The notes: generated by a model from the letters alone, not told the origin. A DNA stretch of 64,000 bases from an uncultured Candidatus Rokubacteria bacterium (GCA_963762145.1 CAVXJS010000011.1:832001-896000), one strand, 5' to 3'. Positions 9,304-19,820 are shown, numbered from the stretch's first letter. Numbers and translations: made by a program.

Positions 9304-9862
9304 CCGTCCCGCCGACAGCAAGCGTCAACAGGGTGCGGACGATCTGCGCGGCGGTGACCGCGCCGCCGTCGGTCGCGGCCTGGAGCAGGCACCCCTCGGC
9401 CGCGCCCACGATCACCGCGGCCACCGCGCCCGCGTCCATCCCCGCGCGGAAGGCGCCGGTGCGGATGCCTTCCACCAGGATGTCCTCCAGGGAGAGGCGG
9501 ATCTGCTCGCGCTGCCACGCCAGGGTGAGCCGGAACTGCTTGTCGTGCTGGGCCCGCATCCAGCCGTGGAGGAAGAGTCCCGAGAAGTCTCGGTCGCTCT
9601 CGCCATAGGCTCCGAAGAGGATCTCCATCGCGCCCTCGAGCTTCACGCGGGGCGCGCCCGTGCTCCGCGCCACGCGGGCCAGCTCCGCGACGATGGGCAG
9701 CCCGCGCTGCTCCACCTGATTGGCCGCCGCGACGCTGGCCGGCGGGGCGGGGGGCGCGGCAACGGGCGGCGGGACGGGAGCCGGAACCGAGATCGCGCGG
9801 CGCCGGCGGGGGCGGGATCGGACCCGGCGACGGGGGGCGCGGCGCGGCTTGCGCTTCTTCAC
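9290..9862 (-). CDS. TetR C-terminal-like domain with an Arg/Pro-rich N-terminus and no HTH
   Basis: LEDILVEGIRTGAFRAGMDAGAVAAVIVGAAEG resembles TetR ligand-binding domains; N-terminus KKRKPRRAPRRRVRSRPRRRR. Confidence 0.6.
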   Translation of the reverse strand: MKKRKPRRAPRRRVRSRPRRRRAISVPAPVPPPVAAPPAPPASVAAANQVEQRGLPIVAELARVARSTGAPRVKLEGAMEILFGAYGESDRDFSGLFLHGWMRAQHDKQFRLTLAWQREQIRLSLEDILVEGIRTGAFRAGMDAGAVAAVIVGAAEGCLLQAATDGGAVTAAQIVRTLLTLAVGGTVSGA

Positions 9863-9873
9863 TTCCGGGCGGG

Positions 9874-10248
9874 TCAGTTCCCGGAGGACACGAACTGGAA
9901 GGACTCGATCTCCACCCGGAAGCGCTTCTCGGAGCCCGGGGACGACATGCGGACCTCGAAGGGCGAAGAGCCGCGCGACGGCACCACCCCGACGACGTAG
10001 GCGCGGCCCCGGCTCACCACGCGGCCGTTCTCGTCGAGCCCCTCCACGCCCACCACGACGCGCTCACAGGACGCGTTGTTGCCGTTTCGCACCTCGCCGT
10101 AGATCAGCACCCGTCCGCTGCCCACTCGCTCGGTGGTGAAGCTCACCGCCAGCCGCGAAGAGGACTCGGGCGTGAACGTCTGGGCCCGTGCGGCCGGGGC
10201 GAGCGCGAGGAGGAACCCCGCCGCGGTGAGCAGAGCGCGGCGGGTCAT
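9874..10248 (-). CDS. Exported FxLYD-like beta-sandwich protein
   Basis: Signal peptide ending AARA-Q; IYGEVRN..VVGVEGLDENGRVV..PFEV. Confidence 0.65.
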   Translation of the reverse strand: MTRRALLTAAGFLLALAPAARAQTFTPESSSRLAVSFTTERVGSGRVLIYGEVRNGNNASCERVVVGVEGLDENGRVVSRGRAYVVGVVPSRGSSPFEVRMSSPGSEKRFRVEIESFQFVSSGN

Positions 10249-11477
10249 TCGTACCGGAGCGCGTCGATCGGATTGAGTCCGGCCGCCTTGCGCGCCGGAT
10301 AGAACCCGAAGAAGATGCCGACCGCGGCCGAGAAGCCGAAGGCGACCAGGATCGCGTCGAACTGGAGCAGGGTGCGCCACTCCGCGAAGTAGGCGATCGC
10401 GTAGGAGCCGAGCAGACCCGCCCCGACGCCGATGACGCCGCCGATGAGGGACAGGGTCACCGCCTCCACCAGGAACTGGGTGAGGATGTCCTTGCCTCGC
10501 GCGCCCACCGCCATGCGCAGGCCGATCTCCCGCGTCCGCTCGGTCACCGAGACCAGCATGATGTTCATGATACCGATGCCGCCCACCAGGAGGGAGACCG
10601 ACGCGATGGCAGCCAGCAGCACGGTGAGCACCCGCGAGGCGGCTTCCTGCGACTGGAGCACCTCGGCCAGGTTGCGGAGATTGAAGTCGTCCTCCTGGTG
10701 GGGCTGGATGCGGTGACGCTGGCGGAGCAGCTCCCGGATCTCGTGCTCCGCCTCCTTCATGAGGCTCGCGTCCCGGACCTTGATGCTGATGGTGCCGACC
10801 GCGCGCCCCTTGGCCTGGTTGCCGCCCACGACCTTGGTCTTGGCGGTCGTGAGCGGGATCAGGATCTGATCGTCCTGATCCTGGCCCCACGTCGTCTGCC
10901 CCTTGCGATCCATGACCCCGATGATCGTGAAGGGCACCTTCTTGATCCGGATGACCTGGCCGAGCGGATCTTCCTCACCGAACAGGTTCTGGGCCACCGT
11001 CTGGCCGACCATCGCGACCTTGAACGCTCCCTCCACCTCCTCGCGAGTCAGGGAGCGCCCGGCGATCACCTCCCAGTCGCGGGCCGGGAGGTACTCGGGG
11101 GTGACGCCCAGGATGGTGGTGGACCAGTTGAGATTGGAGTACACGACCTGGGCGTTGCCGCGAACGGACGGGGCGACCACCTCCACGAGCGGGATGTCCC
11201 TCTCGATGGCCAGGGAGTCGTCCTCGGACAGCGTGGCCTGGGCGCCGGCCCCGAGCCGCACCCCGCCCAGGTTGACGGTGCCGGGCCAGATGATGATGAG
11301 ATTCGAGCCGAGGCTCTGGATCTGCTCGGCCACGCGGGCTTGCGCCCCCGCGCCCACCGCCACCATGGTGATGACCGCGCCCACCCCGATGACGATGCCC
11401 AGCATCGTGAGCGCACTCCGCAGCTTGTTGACCCGGAGGGCACGCACCGCGATGCGCGCGCTGGCGAGGACGTTCAC
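10245..11477 (-). CDS. MacB-like ABC permease
   Basis: NKLRSALTMLGIVIGV, GGIGIMNIMLVSVTERTREIG and LNPIDALRYE. Confidence 0.93.
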   Translation of the reverse strand: MNVLASARIAVRALRVNKLRSALTMLGIVIGVGAVITMVAVGAGAQARVAEQIQSLGSNLIIIWPGTVNLGGVRLGAGAQATLSEDDSLAIERDIPLVEVVAPSVRGNAQVVYSNLNWSTTILGVTPEYLPARDWEVIAGRSLTREEVEGAFKVAMVGQTVAQNLFGEEDPLGQVIRIKKVPFTIIGVMDRKGQTTWGQDQDDQILIPLTTAKTKVVGGNQAKGRAVGTISIKVRDASLMKEAEHEIRELLRQRHRIQPHQEDDFNLRNLAEVLQSQEAASRVLTVLLAAIASVSLLVGGIGIMNIMLVSVTERTREIGLRMAVGARGKDILTQFLVEAVTLSLIGGVIGVGAGLLGSYAIAYFAEWRTLLQFDAILVAFGFSAAVGIFFGFYPARKAAGLNPIDALRYE

Positions 11478-12253
11478 GGGGTGGTGACCTCCGTCTCCAG
11501 GTCCTCTTCCTCTTGCTCGTCGCCCCGGGGCAGGCTGGCGAGCTGATCGCGCGCCACCAGCCGGTCGCGGACCGGCTCGTCCCGGATCAGCCGGCCGTCG
11601 CGGAAGCCCAGCACCCGACCCGCGTAGCGGGCGATGTCGGCCTCGTGGGTCACCACCACCACCGTGATGCCGTCCCGGTTGAGATCCTGGAAGAGCGCCA
11701 TGATCTCCACGCTCGTGTGCGAATCGAGCGCGCCGGTGGGCTCGTCGGCCAGGATCAGGACCGGATCGTTGATGAGGGCGCGCGCGATGGCGACCCGCTG
11801 CTGCTGCCCGCCCGAGAGCTGAGCCGGGTGATGATGCTCCCGCTCGGAGAGGCCGACCGCGGCCAGCTTGGCGCGCGCGCGCGCCTGCCGGTCGCGGCCC
11901 TGGATCGCGCTGTAGAGCAGGGGCAGCTCCACGTTCTCGAGCGCGGAGGTGCGGGGCAGCAGGTTGAAGGTCTGGAACACGAAGCCGATCTTCTCGTTGC
12001 GCACCCGCGCGAGACGGTCGCGTCCCATGCGGGAGACGTCGAGGCCGTCGAGGCGGTACTGCCCCGCGGTCGGGGTGTCCAGGCAGCCGAGCAGGTTCAT
12101 GAAGGTGGACTTGCCGGAGCCGGACGGACCCATCACCGCGACGAACTCGCCCGGGTCGATGCTGATCGACACCTTGCGGAGGGCGTGAATGCGCCGCGTG
12201 CCGAGGTGGTAGTCCTTCACGAGATCCTCGGTGGCGATGAGGGCGTCGGGCAT
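11474..12253 (-). CDS. ABC ATP-binding protein (MacB/LolD type)
   Basis: [24 protein letters not shown] and DEPTGALD. Confidence 0.93.
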   Translation of the reverse strand: MPDALIATEDLVKDYHLGTRRIHALRKVSISIDPGEFVAVMGPSGSGKSTFMNLLGCLDTPTAGQYRLDGLDVSRMGRDRLARVRNEKIGFVFQTFNLLPRTSALENVELPLLYSAIQGRDRQARARAKLAAVGLSEREHHHPAQLSGGQQQRVAIARALINDPVLILADEPTGALDSHTSVEIMALFQDLNRDGITVVVVTHEADIARYAGRVLGFRDGRLIRDEPVRDRLVARDQLASLPRGDEQEEEDLETEVTTP

Positions 12254-12254
12254 C

Positions 12255-13643
12255 TCAGAGCCGGAGGCGAGGGGCGCCCTGCTGGGGTTGCGATGGCCGG
12301 TCGCCCGGGACCGCCACGCCGACGATGACCTGCTGGCCTTCCTTGAGATCGCCCTTGGCAACCTCGGTGTAGGTGCCGTCGCCGATGCCGAGCTGGATCG
12401 GGAGCGCGGCGGGCTTGCCGTCGGGCCCGAGCACCCACACGCGTCCGGCGGGCCCCCCGCCCCCGCGGCCGCTCCCGCCGCCCGGCCGCGCGGGCCGCTC
12501 ACGCTCGGGGGCTTCCATCCCGGCAGGCCGGAACCGAAGCGCCGCGTTCGGAACCTGGAGCACGCTCTCCTTCTGCTCGATGACGATCCGCACGTTTGCG
12601 GTCATGCCGGGCAGAAGGCGCTGCTCGGGATTCTTGGCCGTCACCACCACGTCGTAGGTGACCACGTTCTGGACCACGAGCGGTGCCTTGCGGATCTGGA
12701 CGACCTCGCCGGTGAAGACGCGGCCCGGGAAGGAGTCCACCGTGAAGGTCGCGGCCTGGCCGACCTTGACCCGACCCACGTCGGCCTCGTCCACGTTGGT
12801 GTCCACCTGCATGTTGCGCAGGTCCTGGGCGATCGTGAAGAGGGTCGGGGCCTGGAGGCTCGCCGCGACGGTCTGGCCCACGTCCACGCTGCGGCCCACC
12901 ACGGTGCCGTCCACCGGAGCGCGAATGAAGGTGCGCTCGAGATCCACCTGGGCCTGACGCAGGGCCGCCTGGTTCTGCACGACCTGGGCCGCCGCGTTCT
13001 TCAGCATCGCCTCGGTGACCCGGAGCTGCGCCTCCGCCGCGCGCACCGCCGAGACCTGTGCCAACTCCTGCGCCTTCGAGGCCTCCACCTGGGCCACCGC
13101 GGAGTCGTAGGTGGCCTGGGCGGTGTCCTCGTCGGCCTGCGCGATGAGGCCGCGCTGGCGCAGGTCCTGGTTGCGGCCGAGCGTGCGCCGCGTGTCGGCG
13201 ACCGCGACCTGGGACTTGGCGGTCTGGGCCCGGGCGGCCGCGAGCGCGGCGCGGGCGTTTTCGAGGTCCGCTCGCGTCTTCTCCACCACCGCCTGCTGGT
13301 TCAGCACCGAGGCGTGCGCCGCCTCCACCTGGGCCTTCGACTGGCTGACCTTCGCCTCGTAGGTCTCCGGATCGATGCGGGCGATCACCTGGTCCTTCTT
13401 GACCTGCGAGTTGAAGTCCGCGAAGAGCTCCTTGACCTGCCCCGAGATCTGGGAGCCGACCAGCACCGTGATGACCGCGTTGAGGGTGCCGGTGGCCGAG
13501 ACCGCGGAGGTGAGCGGCCCGCGGGACACCGCGGCGGTGCGGAAGGCGGGGCGCGCCCCCATGCCCTGGGTGTAGAGATAGCCGCCGGAGATGGCTCCCG
13601 CGGCCACCACGATCGCGACGATCCAGAGCAGGCGACGTTTCAT
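12255..13643 (-). CDS. MacA-like periplasmic adaptor
   Basis: N-terminal TM, VGSQISGQVKE, long coiled coil, IRAPVDGTV and LLPGMTA. Confidence 0.92.
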   Translation of the reverse strand: MKRRLLWIVAIVVAAGAISGGYLYTQGMGARPAFRTAAVSRGPLTSAVSATGTLNAVITVLVGSQISGQVKELFADFNSQVKKDQVIARIDPETYEAKVSQSKAQVEAAHASVLNQQAVVEKTRADLENARAALAAARAQTAKSQVAVADTRRTLGRNQDLRQRGLIAQADEDTAQATYDSAVAQVEASKAQELAQVSAVRAAEAQLRVTEAMLKNAAAQVVQNQAALRQAQVDLERTFIRAPVDGTVVGRSVDVGQTVAASLQAPTLFTIAQDLRNMQVDTNVDEADVGRVKVGQAATFTVDSFPGRVFTGEVVQIRKAPLVVQNVVTYDVVVTAKNPEQRLLPGMTANVRIVIEQKESVLQVPNAALRFRPAGMEAPERERPARPGGGSGRGGGGPAGRVWVLGPDGKPAALPIQLGIGDGTYTEVAKGDLKEGQQVIVGVAVPGDRPSQPQQGAPRLRL

Positions 13644-13679
13644 GGTGGTGATCAGACGCGCCCGGCGCGCGCGGTATTC

Positions 13680-15149
13680 CTAGCGACGGCCCAGGGCTCG
13701 TTCGAGCCTCGCGATGCCGATGCGGTAGTCGGACAGGGCCTGCGCCTCGTCGGACTGGGCCTGGGTCAGCGCGAGCTGGGCGTCGGTGAGCTCGATGATG
13801 TTGGCGACTCCCGCGTCGAAGCGACCCCGGGAGAGCTGGTAGTTCTCGGCCGCCGACTCCACCGCCTTCTGGGCGGCCCCGATCCGCTGCTCGGCCTCGC
13901 CGAGGTTGAGATAGGTCTGCTCGACGTTCTGCCAGATCTGCAGCTCGGCGTCGCGGACCCGAGCCTGGGAAGCCTCGACCGCGGCCTTGGCCTCCTTGTA
14001 GCGGGCGACCCGGCCACCGCCGTCGAAGATGCTCCAGTCGAGCCTCAGCCCGATCTCCCACGCGTTATTGACGTCGGTGAAGCCGCTCGTGCTCCGCGAG
14101 GTCTGGCCGGTCGAGCCGGTGATCCCGACCAGGCCGTAGTTCCCGGTGCCGCTGAGGCTCGGGAAGAAGTCCCGGAACGTCTGCCGGACCAGGGCGTCGG
14201 CGGCGTCGGACTGGGCCTTGACCTGCCGATACTCGGGCCGGTTCCGGAGCGCCTCGCTCACGAGGAGATTCCGATCGGTCGGGAAGTCCTGGTAGGAGAG
14301 GAGGTCCTTCACCTCGGTGGGCGCGTTGACTGCGACCCCCATCGCCGCGTTCAGGGCCACCCGGCTCAGGCCGACCGCGTTCTGGGCGCGGATCACGTTG
14401 ACGCGGGCGTTGGCCACGTCCACCTCGGCTCGCGTCACGAAGGACTTGGGCTGCGTGCCCACCTGGAAGAATCCCTGCGCGCTGCGGAGGTTCACCTGCG
14501 CCCGGTCGAGGGCGGCGATGTTGACCTCGACCAGCCGCTTCGAGAGCAGGAGGGTGAAGTACTGCGTCTTGACCAGCTGGGCGATATCGAGCTTCTGCGC
14601 TTCGAGGACTTCCCTCAGGGCCTCCGCATTGGACTTGGCGACGTCCTTGGCCGCCCACGTCCGGCCGAAATCGAACAGGAGCTGCGAGGCGGTGAGGCGG
14701 GCCTGCCCGAAGTCCTGCTGGCCCGCGTTGCCGACGATGACTCCAACCGTACGCGCCCGCCCGTAGCTCCCCGAGCCGGACAGCTGGGGCAGGAGAGGGG
14801 CCAGCGCCTGGTTGATGCGCTGCTGGGCCGCGATGTAGTCGCCGACGCGGGCGACGATCAGGGGAGCGTTCTCGAGCGCGATGTTCACCGCCTCCTCCAG
14901 TCCCAGCTCCCGACCCACCAGCTCCTGCGGAACCACGAAGGGCCGGATCCCCGGCGGCGCGGGCAGCGGCTCGCGCGGCGGCATCGGCGCGGGCGCCGTG
15001 AGGGCGGGCACCGTGACGGCGGGCGCCGGCGCCGGGACCACGGGGGGCGCCGGCGCCGGGGCCGGGGTCTGGGCCCCAAGGGCGGCGGGCAGCGTCGCCC
15101 CGAGGGCGAGCGCCGCGAGAACGAAAGGGGCGAGCGAGCGCTTCGTCAT
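13680..15149 (-). CDS. TolC family outer membrane efflux protein
   Basis: Signal peptide, Pro-rich linker, OEP repeats (LLFDFG, WSIFDGG, ELTDAQ). Confidence 0.92.
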   Translation of the reverse strand: MTKRSLAPFVLAALALGATLPAALGAQTPAPAPAPPVVPAPAPAVTVPALTAPAPMPPREPLPAPPGIRPFVVPQELVGRELGLEEAVNIALENAPLIVARVGDYIAAQQRINQALAPLLPQLSGSGSYGRARTVGVIVGNAGQQDFGQARLTASQLLFDFGRTWAAKDVAKSNAEALREVLEAQKLDIAQLVKTQYFTLLLSKRLVEVNIAALDRAQVNLRSAQGFFQVGTQPKSFVTRAEVDVANARVNVIRAQNAVGLSRVALNAAMGVAVNAPTEVKDLLSYQDFPTDRNLLVSEALRNRPEYRQVKAQSDAADALVRQTFRDFFPSLSGTGNYGLVGITGSTGQTSRSTSGFTDVNNAWEIGLRLDWSIFDGGGRVARYKEAKAAVEASQARVRDAELQIWQNVEQTYLNLGEAEQRIGAAQKAVESAAENYQLSRGRFDAGVANIIELTDAQLALTQAQSDEAQALSDYRIGIARLERALGRR

Positions 15150-18100
15150 GCCGGATCTCCCTGCAGCACGGGGGCGCCCTCCACCGCCGAGATCCGGCGG
15201 GGGAAGCGCTCCTCGAGCATCACGTACAGCGTTGGGATCAGCACCAGCGTCAGCATCGTCGAGATCGTCAGGCCGCCGATCACCGCGCGCGCGAGCGGAG
15301 CGTTGGCCTCGCTGCCCACGTCGATACCCAGGGCCATGGGGATCAGGCCGACCACGGTGGTGAGGCTCGTCATGATGATGGGCCGGAGCCGCGTGCGCCC
15401 CGCCCGCATCACCGCCTCGTGCAGGTCGAGGCCGTGGCGCCTCAGCTCATTGATGTATTCTACCAGCAGGACTCCATTCGACACGACGATCCCGACCATC
15501 ATGATGATGCCCATGAAGGACGTGACGTTGAGCGTGGTGTTCGTCAGGAACAGCGCCCAGATGACGCCGATCATCCCCAGCGGGACCGAGAACATGATGA
15601 TCAGCGGGTCGAGCAGTGACTTGAACTGCGAGGCCATGACCATGTACACGAGCATCAGGGCGAGCAGGGACGTGAACTTCAGGCTGCTGAACGCCTCGCG
15701 CTGCTGCACGGTCTGGCCGCCGAGCTGGACCGAGAATCCGGGGGGCAGGCCCATGCCGCGGAACCGCTCCTCGAGATCCGCGCTGATGGCGCCCAGGTCG
15801 CGCCCGGACGGATTCGCGTTGATCTTCACGATCCGCTGCTGATATTTCCGCTCGAGCATCACCGGCCCGGTGCCCTGCCGGATCTCGGCGACGCTGCCCA
15901 GGAGGACCGGCCGGCCGCCGTCGCCGATCACGAAGAGACGGCTCAGGTCGCTGGCCGCGGAGCGGAACGGCTCGTCGAGCTGCACGACCATGTTGTACTG
16001 GTTGCCGGTGCGCGGGTCGGTAAGATCGACGGGCTGACGCTCACGTTGCTGTTGAGCGAGAAGAGCGCGGTCTGCGCGATGTCCCGCTGGGTCAGGCCCG
16101 CGCTGGCCGCCTTCTCGCGGTCCACCACGATGTCGAACTGGGGATAGTTCTCCTCGCGGCTGATGAACACGTCGGCGATGCCCTGGACCTCCTGCATCAC
16201 GCGGGCGACCTCCTGCGCGGTGGCCTGGGCCGCCTTGAGGTCGTACCCGAGCTGCTCCACCTCGACCGCGGACTGGGAGCCGGTGTTCAGCACGCGGCTG
16301 ACGATGCCCCCGAAGACGACCTGCATGGTGGTGCCCGGGAACTGGCCGGACAGCTGGGGGCGCACCGCCGCGACGATCTCCCGGTCGCTGCGCTTCCGCT
16401 TGTCGGGGGTGTTCAGGTAGACCTGGAGCTGGGCCGCGTGCGGGCCGGTGTTCTGGGAGAACACGCCCGAGCGGCCGGTGGGCACGCCCACCGTCGAGAC
16501 CATCGCGTTCACCTCCTCGGGCTGTGAGGGTGGAGCGGATGATGCCTTCCATCCGGGCCACCGTCCGCTCGGTCTCCTCGACCCGGGTGCCCACCGGGGC
16601 GCGAATGCGGATGATGAACTGGCTCTCGTCGGACGGGGGAAAGAACTCGGTGCCGATCAGCGGCACCAGGGCCCCCGCGCTCACCACCAGCACCGCGATG
16701 CCGCCGATGAGCCGCGCGCGGTGGCCGAGGGCCCAGCCGAGCACCCGCTGGTAGAACTCGTCGAACCGCTCCAGCAGGCGCCCGGTCACCGCGAGGCCGC
16801 GCGTGTACAGGTTGCGCGGGCGCTCCGCCAGCGGCCGCTCCGGCTTGAGCCAGTGGAGACAGAGCAGGGGGGTGACGGTGCGGGAGACCAGGAACGAGGC
16901 GAAGAGGGAGAACGAGATCGTGAAGGTCAGGGGGATGAACAGGAGGCGTGACTGGCCTTCCAGGAACACGGTGGGCAGGAACACCACGATGGTGGTGATG
17001 GTGGAGACGAAGATCGGCATCGCCACCTCGCGGGCCGCGTCGAGCACCGCGGGGCCGCGGGCCTTGCCCGGGATGTTGAGGTGCCGGTTGATGTTCTCGA
17101 GCTCCACGATCGAGTCGTCGAGGAGCCGGCCGACCGCGAGGGCGAGCCCTCCCAGGGTGAAGACGTTGAGGGTCTGCCCGAGCATGAACATCGCGACCAG
17201 GGTCAGCAGGAGCGAGAGGGGAATCGCGATCGAGATGATGATGGTGGAGACGAACGAGCGCAGGAAGAAGAGCACCACGAAGAACGCGAGCAGGGAGCCG
17301 ATCGCGGCCTCGTGCCAGAGGCTCGTGATGGACTGCCGGATGTAGATCGACTGGTCGAGGGTCATGCGGATGTTGACGCCCGCGGGCAGCCCGGTCAGCT
17401 TGGGCAGCTTCGCCTTGACCGCGTCCACCACGTCCACCGTGTTGCCGCCGGGCTGCTTGTTGACGCGCAGGTACACCGCGCGCTCGCCGTTGACCCGCAC
17501 CACCGACTGCTGGGTCTCCCAGGAGTCCTCCACGCGGCCGATGTCGCGCACCCGGATCGCGGTGCCTCCGATCCGGCGCACGATGATGTTCTCCATCGGC
17601 TCGACCACCGAGAACTGGTTGTTGGTGAAGACGTTGTAGTCGAGGTTGCCGAGCTTGAGATCGCCGGAGGGCAGCAGGAAGTTCGAGTCGTTGACCGAGC
17701 GGGCCACCTCGGTGACCGAGATGCCCTTGGCCTGCAGGAGATCGCGGTTGAGGTTCACCGTGATCTGCCGGATCTTGCCCCCGTCGACGTTCGCGGAGGC
17801 GACCCCGGGGAGCTGCTCGAGCTGGGGCTCGACCGTGTTGTAGGCCAGGTCGTAGAGCTGCTTCTCGTCGAGCCCGCCCCCGGTGATGGTCACGAGGCAA
17901 ACCGGGATGTTGGAGAGGTCGAACTTGAGGATGAACGGCTGCTGCACGCCGGTGGGCAGCGTGGTCATGATCTGCTGGATCCGCTGGGCGACCTCGGTGA
18001 GGCCGGCGTCGAGATCCGAGCCCCACACGAACTGCACGGTGACCACCGAGAAGCCCTGGCGCGAGCGCGACTCCACGTAGCGCACGTTCGCCACCGCGGA

Positions 18101-18313
18101 CACCGCCTTCTCGATCGGGTACGTCACGGTGCGCTCCACGTCCTGGACGTTGGCGCCCTTGTAGACGGTGCCGATCTGGATGGACGGGTAGTTGATGTTC
18201 GGGAAGAGATCGATCGGCATCTTGCCGAGGGAGGTGGCCCCGAGCACCACGATGGCCAGGGAGGCCATGAGGATGGCGATGCCGTTCCGGAGGGCGATGA
18301 GGGTCAGCCACAT
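15146..18313 (-). CDS. RND efflux permease; compensating frameshifts at about 16030 and 16520
   Basis: PIDLFPNI, TM4 LLDDSIVELENI and RLRPIIMTSLTT. The true middle segment is in ORF 15943..16512. Confidence 0.92.
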   Translation of the reverse strand: MWLTLIALRNGIAILMASLAIVVLGATSLGKMPIDLFPNINYPSIQIGTVYKGANVQDVERTVTYPIEKAVSAVANVRYVESRSRQGFSVVTVQFVWGSDLDAGLTEVAQRIQQIMTTLPTGVQQPFILKFDLSNIPVCLVTITGGGLDEKQLYDLAYNTVEPQLEQLPGVASANVDGGKIRQITVNLNRDLLQAKGISVTEVARSVNDSNFLLPSGDLKLGNLDYNVFTNNQFSVVEPMENIIVRRIGGTAIRVRDIGRVEDSWETQQSVVRVNGERAVYLRVNKQPGGNTVDVVDAVKAKLPKLTGLPAGVNIRMTLDQSIYIRQSITSLWHEAAIGSLLAFFVVLFFLRSFVSTIIISIAIPLSLLLTLVAMFMLGQTLNVFTLGGLALAVGRLLDDSIVELENINRHLNIPGKARGPAVLDAAREVAMPIFVSTITTIVVFLPTVFLEGQSRLLFIPLTFTISFSLFASFLVSRTVTPLLCLHWLKPERPLAERPRNLYTRGLAVTGRLLERFDEFYQRVLGWALGHRARLIGGIAVLVVSAGALVPLIGTEFFPPSDESQFIIRIRAPVGTRVEETERTVARMEGIIRSTLTARGGERDGLDGGRAHRPLGRVLPEHRPARGPAPGLPEHPRQAEAQRPGDRRGGAPPAVRPVPGHHHAGRLRGHRQPRAEHRLPVRGRGGAARVRPQGGPGHRAGGRPRDAGGPGHRRRVHQPRGELSPVRHRGGPREGGQRGPDPAGHRADRALLAQQQRERQPVDLTDPRTGNQYNMVVQLDEPFRSAASDLSRLFVIGDGGRPVLLGSVAEIRQGTGPVMLERKYQQRIVKINANPSGRDLGAISADLEERFRGMGLPPGFSVQLGGQTVQQREAFSSLKFTSLLALMLVYMVMASQFKSLLDPLIIMFSVPLGMIGVIWALFLTNTTLNVTSFMGIIMMVGIVVSNGVLLVEYINELRRHGLDLHEAVMRAGRTRLRPIIMTSLTTVVGLIPMALGIDVGSEANAPLARAVIGGLTISTMLTLVLIPTLYVMLEERFPRRISAVEGAPVLQGDPA

Positions 18314-18321
18314 GGCGCGCG

Positions 18322-19626
18322 CTACTGCTCGGTGGCCGGAACCGTCCGGACCTTCTGCTTGGCCTTGACCAGATCCTTGCCCTGCAGGATCACCTGATCC
18401 TGCTCGCTCAGCCCCTGCCGCACCTCCACCACCCGGGAGTCGGCGAGTCCCAGCTCGACGATCACCGGCTCGACGATGCCGCCCTTCACCACCATCACCG
18501 ACGGGCGCGCTTCGCCCACGCGCAGCGCCTCCAGCGGGATGGTGAGCGCGCCCTTGCGCGTGTCCACGAGAACCTCCGCGCGGGCGAACATCCCGGGCTT
18601 GAGCTTGCGGTCGGGGTTCGGGATGTCCACCTCGACGCCCATGGTGCGGGTGCGCGGATCGAGGCTGTGGACCACCCGGACCACCTTGCCGCCGAAGACC
18701 TGCCCCTGGTACGGATCGGCGGTGATGGCGACCGGCGCGCCCAACGTCACGCGGGAGATGTCCCGCTCCGGGACCTCGATCTGCAGCTTGACGGTCCCGA
18801 TGTCCTGGAGCACGAGGATGCCCACCGAGGTCGTGCTGGTACCGGCCGACTGCGCGCTGACCGCGGCGCCGTTGTCGAGATTGCGCTGCGAGATGTAGCC
18901 GGCGAACGGCGCCATCAGCCGCGTGTTGGCGAGGTTGGTCTCCGCCAGCTGCCGCGTGGCGCGGAAGGTCTCCACCTGGGCTTCCGACAGGCGCACCTGG
19001 CTCTCCTGGGTCAGCACCTGGACCTCGGCCACCCGGAGCTGGGCGACCGCGGCCTGGACGTTGGCCGCCGAGGACTCGGTGGTGGTCCGGGAGTTCTCGT
19101 GGTCGGTGGCCGACACGAGTCCGCGCTCGAAGAGGGTCTTCATGCGCTGCGCCTGCCGCGCGTCGTTGTCCGCGACGGCGCGGGCCCGGGCCAGGTTCGC
19201 CTTCTGGTTCTCCAGGTTCGCGCGCTGCCCCTCGAGGGTGGAGCGCGCCACCTCGAGACCGGCCTCGCCGGTGAGGAGCGCGGCGCGCGCCTGCTGGAGC
19301 ACGGCCTGCAGCTCGAGATCGTCCACCTCGACCAGGAGCTGCCCCGCCTTGACGAAGTCGCCACGGTCGGTGTGGATGCGGCGGATATAGCCCGAGACCT
19401 TCGAGAAGATGGCCGCCTGCTGGGCGGCCACGATGTCGGCAGTGAAGGTGAGCTTGATGTCGAGGTCCCGGCGGGCCGGGCTCAGTACCCCTACGAGCAC
19501 GTCCGGACGGGCGCGGGTCACCGCGCGGGCCTGCTGATCCTTGAGGCGATAGACCACGAGGGTGCCGATCAGGACCATCAAGCCGAGGAGGACGAGTCCG
19601 ATGCGGTGTCGCTTCAGCAGGTGCAT
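18322..19626 (-). CDS. RND periplasmic adaptor (membrane fusion protein)
   Basis: SKVSGYI..GDFVKAGQLL, coiled coil, APFAGYI and LKPGMFA. Start could be 19644. Confidence 0.9.
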   Translation of the reverse strand: MHLLKRHRIGLVLLGLMVLIGTLVVYRLKDQQARAVTRARPDVLVGVLSPARRDLDIKLTFTADIVAAQQAAIFSKVSGYIRRIHTDRGDFVKAGQLLVEVDDLELQAVLQQARAALLTGEAGLEVARSTLEGQRANLENQKANLARARAVADNDARQAQRMKTLFERGLVSATDHENSRTTTESSAANVQAAVAQLRVAEVQVLTQESQVRLSEAQVETFRATRQLAETNLANTRLMAPFAGYISQRNLDNGAAVSAQSAGTSTTSVGILVLQDIGTVKLQIEVPERDISRVTLGAPVAITADPYQGQVFGGKVVRVVHSLDPRTRTMGVEVDIPNPDRKLKPGMFARAEVLVDTRKGALTIPLEALRVGEARPSVMVVKGGIVEPVIVELGLADSRVVEVRQGLSEQDQVILQGKDLVKAKQKVRTVPATEQ

Positions 19627-19820
19627 GCGCCTGGACTGATCCATCCGGAGTATGGACCGAAAGAAGTACCTGGAGAAGTCAATTCGCCCAATTGTAAGGA
19701 CCTTTGGACTGTAGTCAAGTTTGTGAGATAGTCGGCGAGGTACCCCACGCGCGGGTGTGTGCCGGGCCGGGAATACCATGGGCAGGGGTGGTCAGAAGGG
19801 GAGGAGTGGGAAGAAAAGTC

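Noticed and set aside
19640-19820. NrdR boxes or a cobalamin riboswitch upstream of nrdJ
   Set aside because: The region is AT-richer, but I found no convincing NrdR consensus or B12-box by eye.
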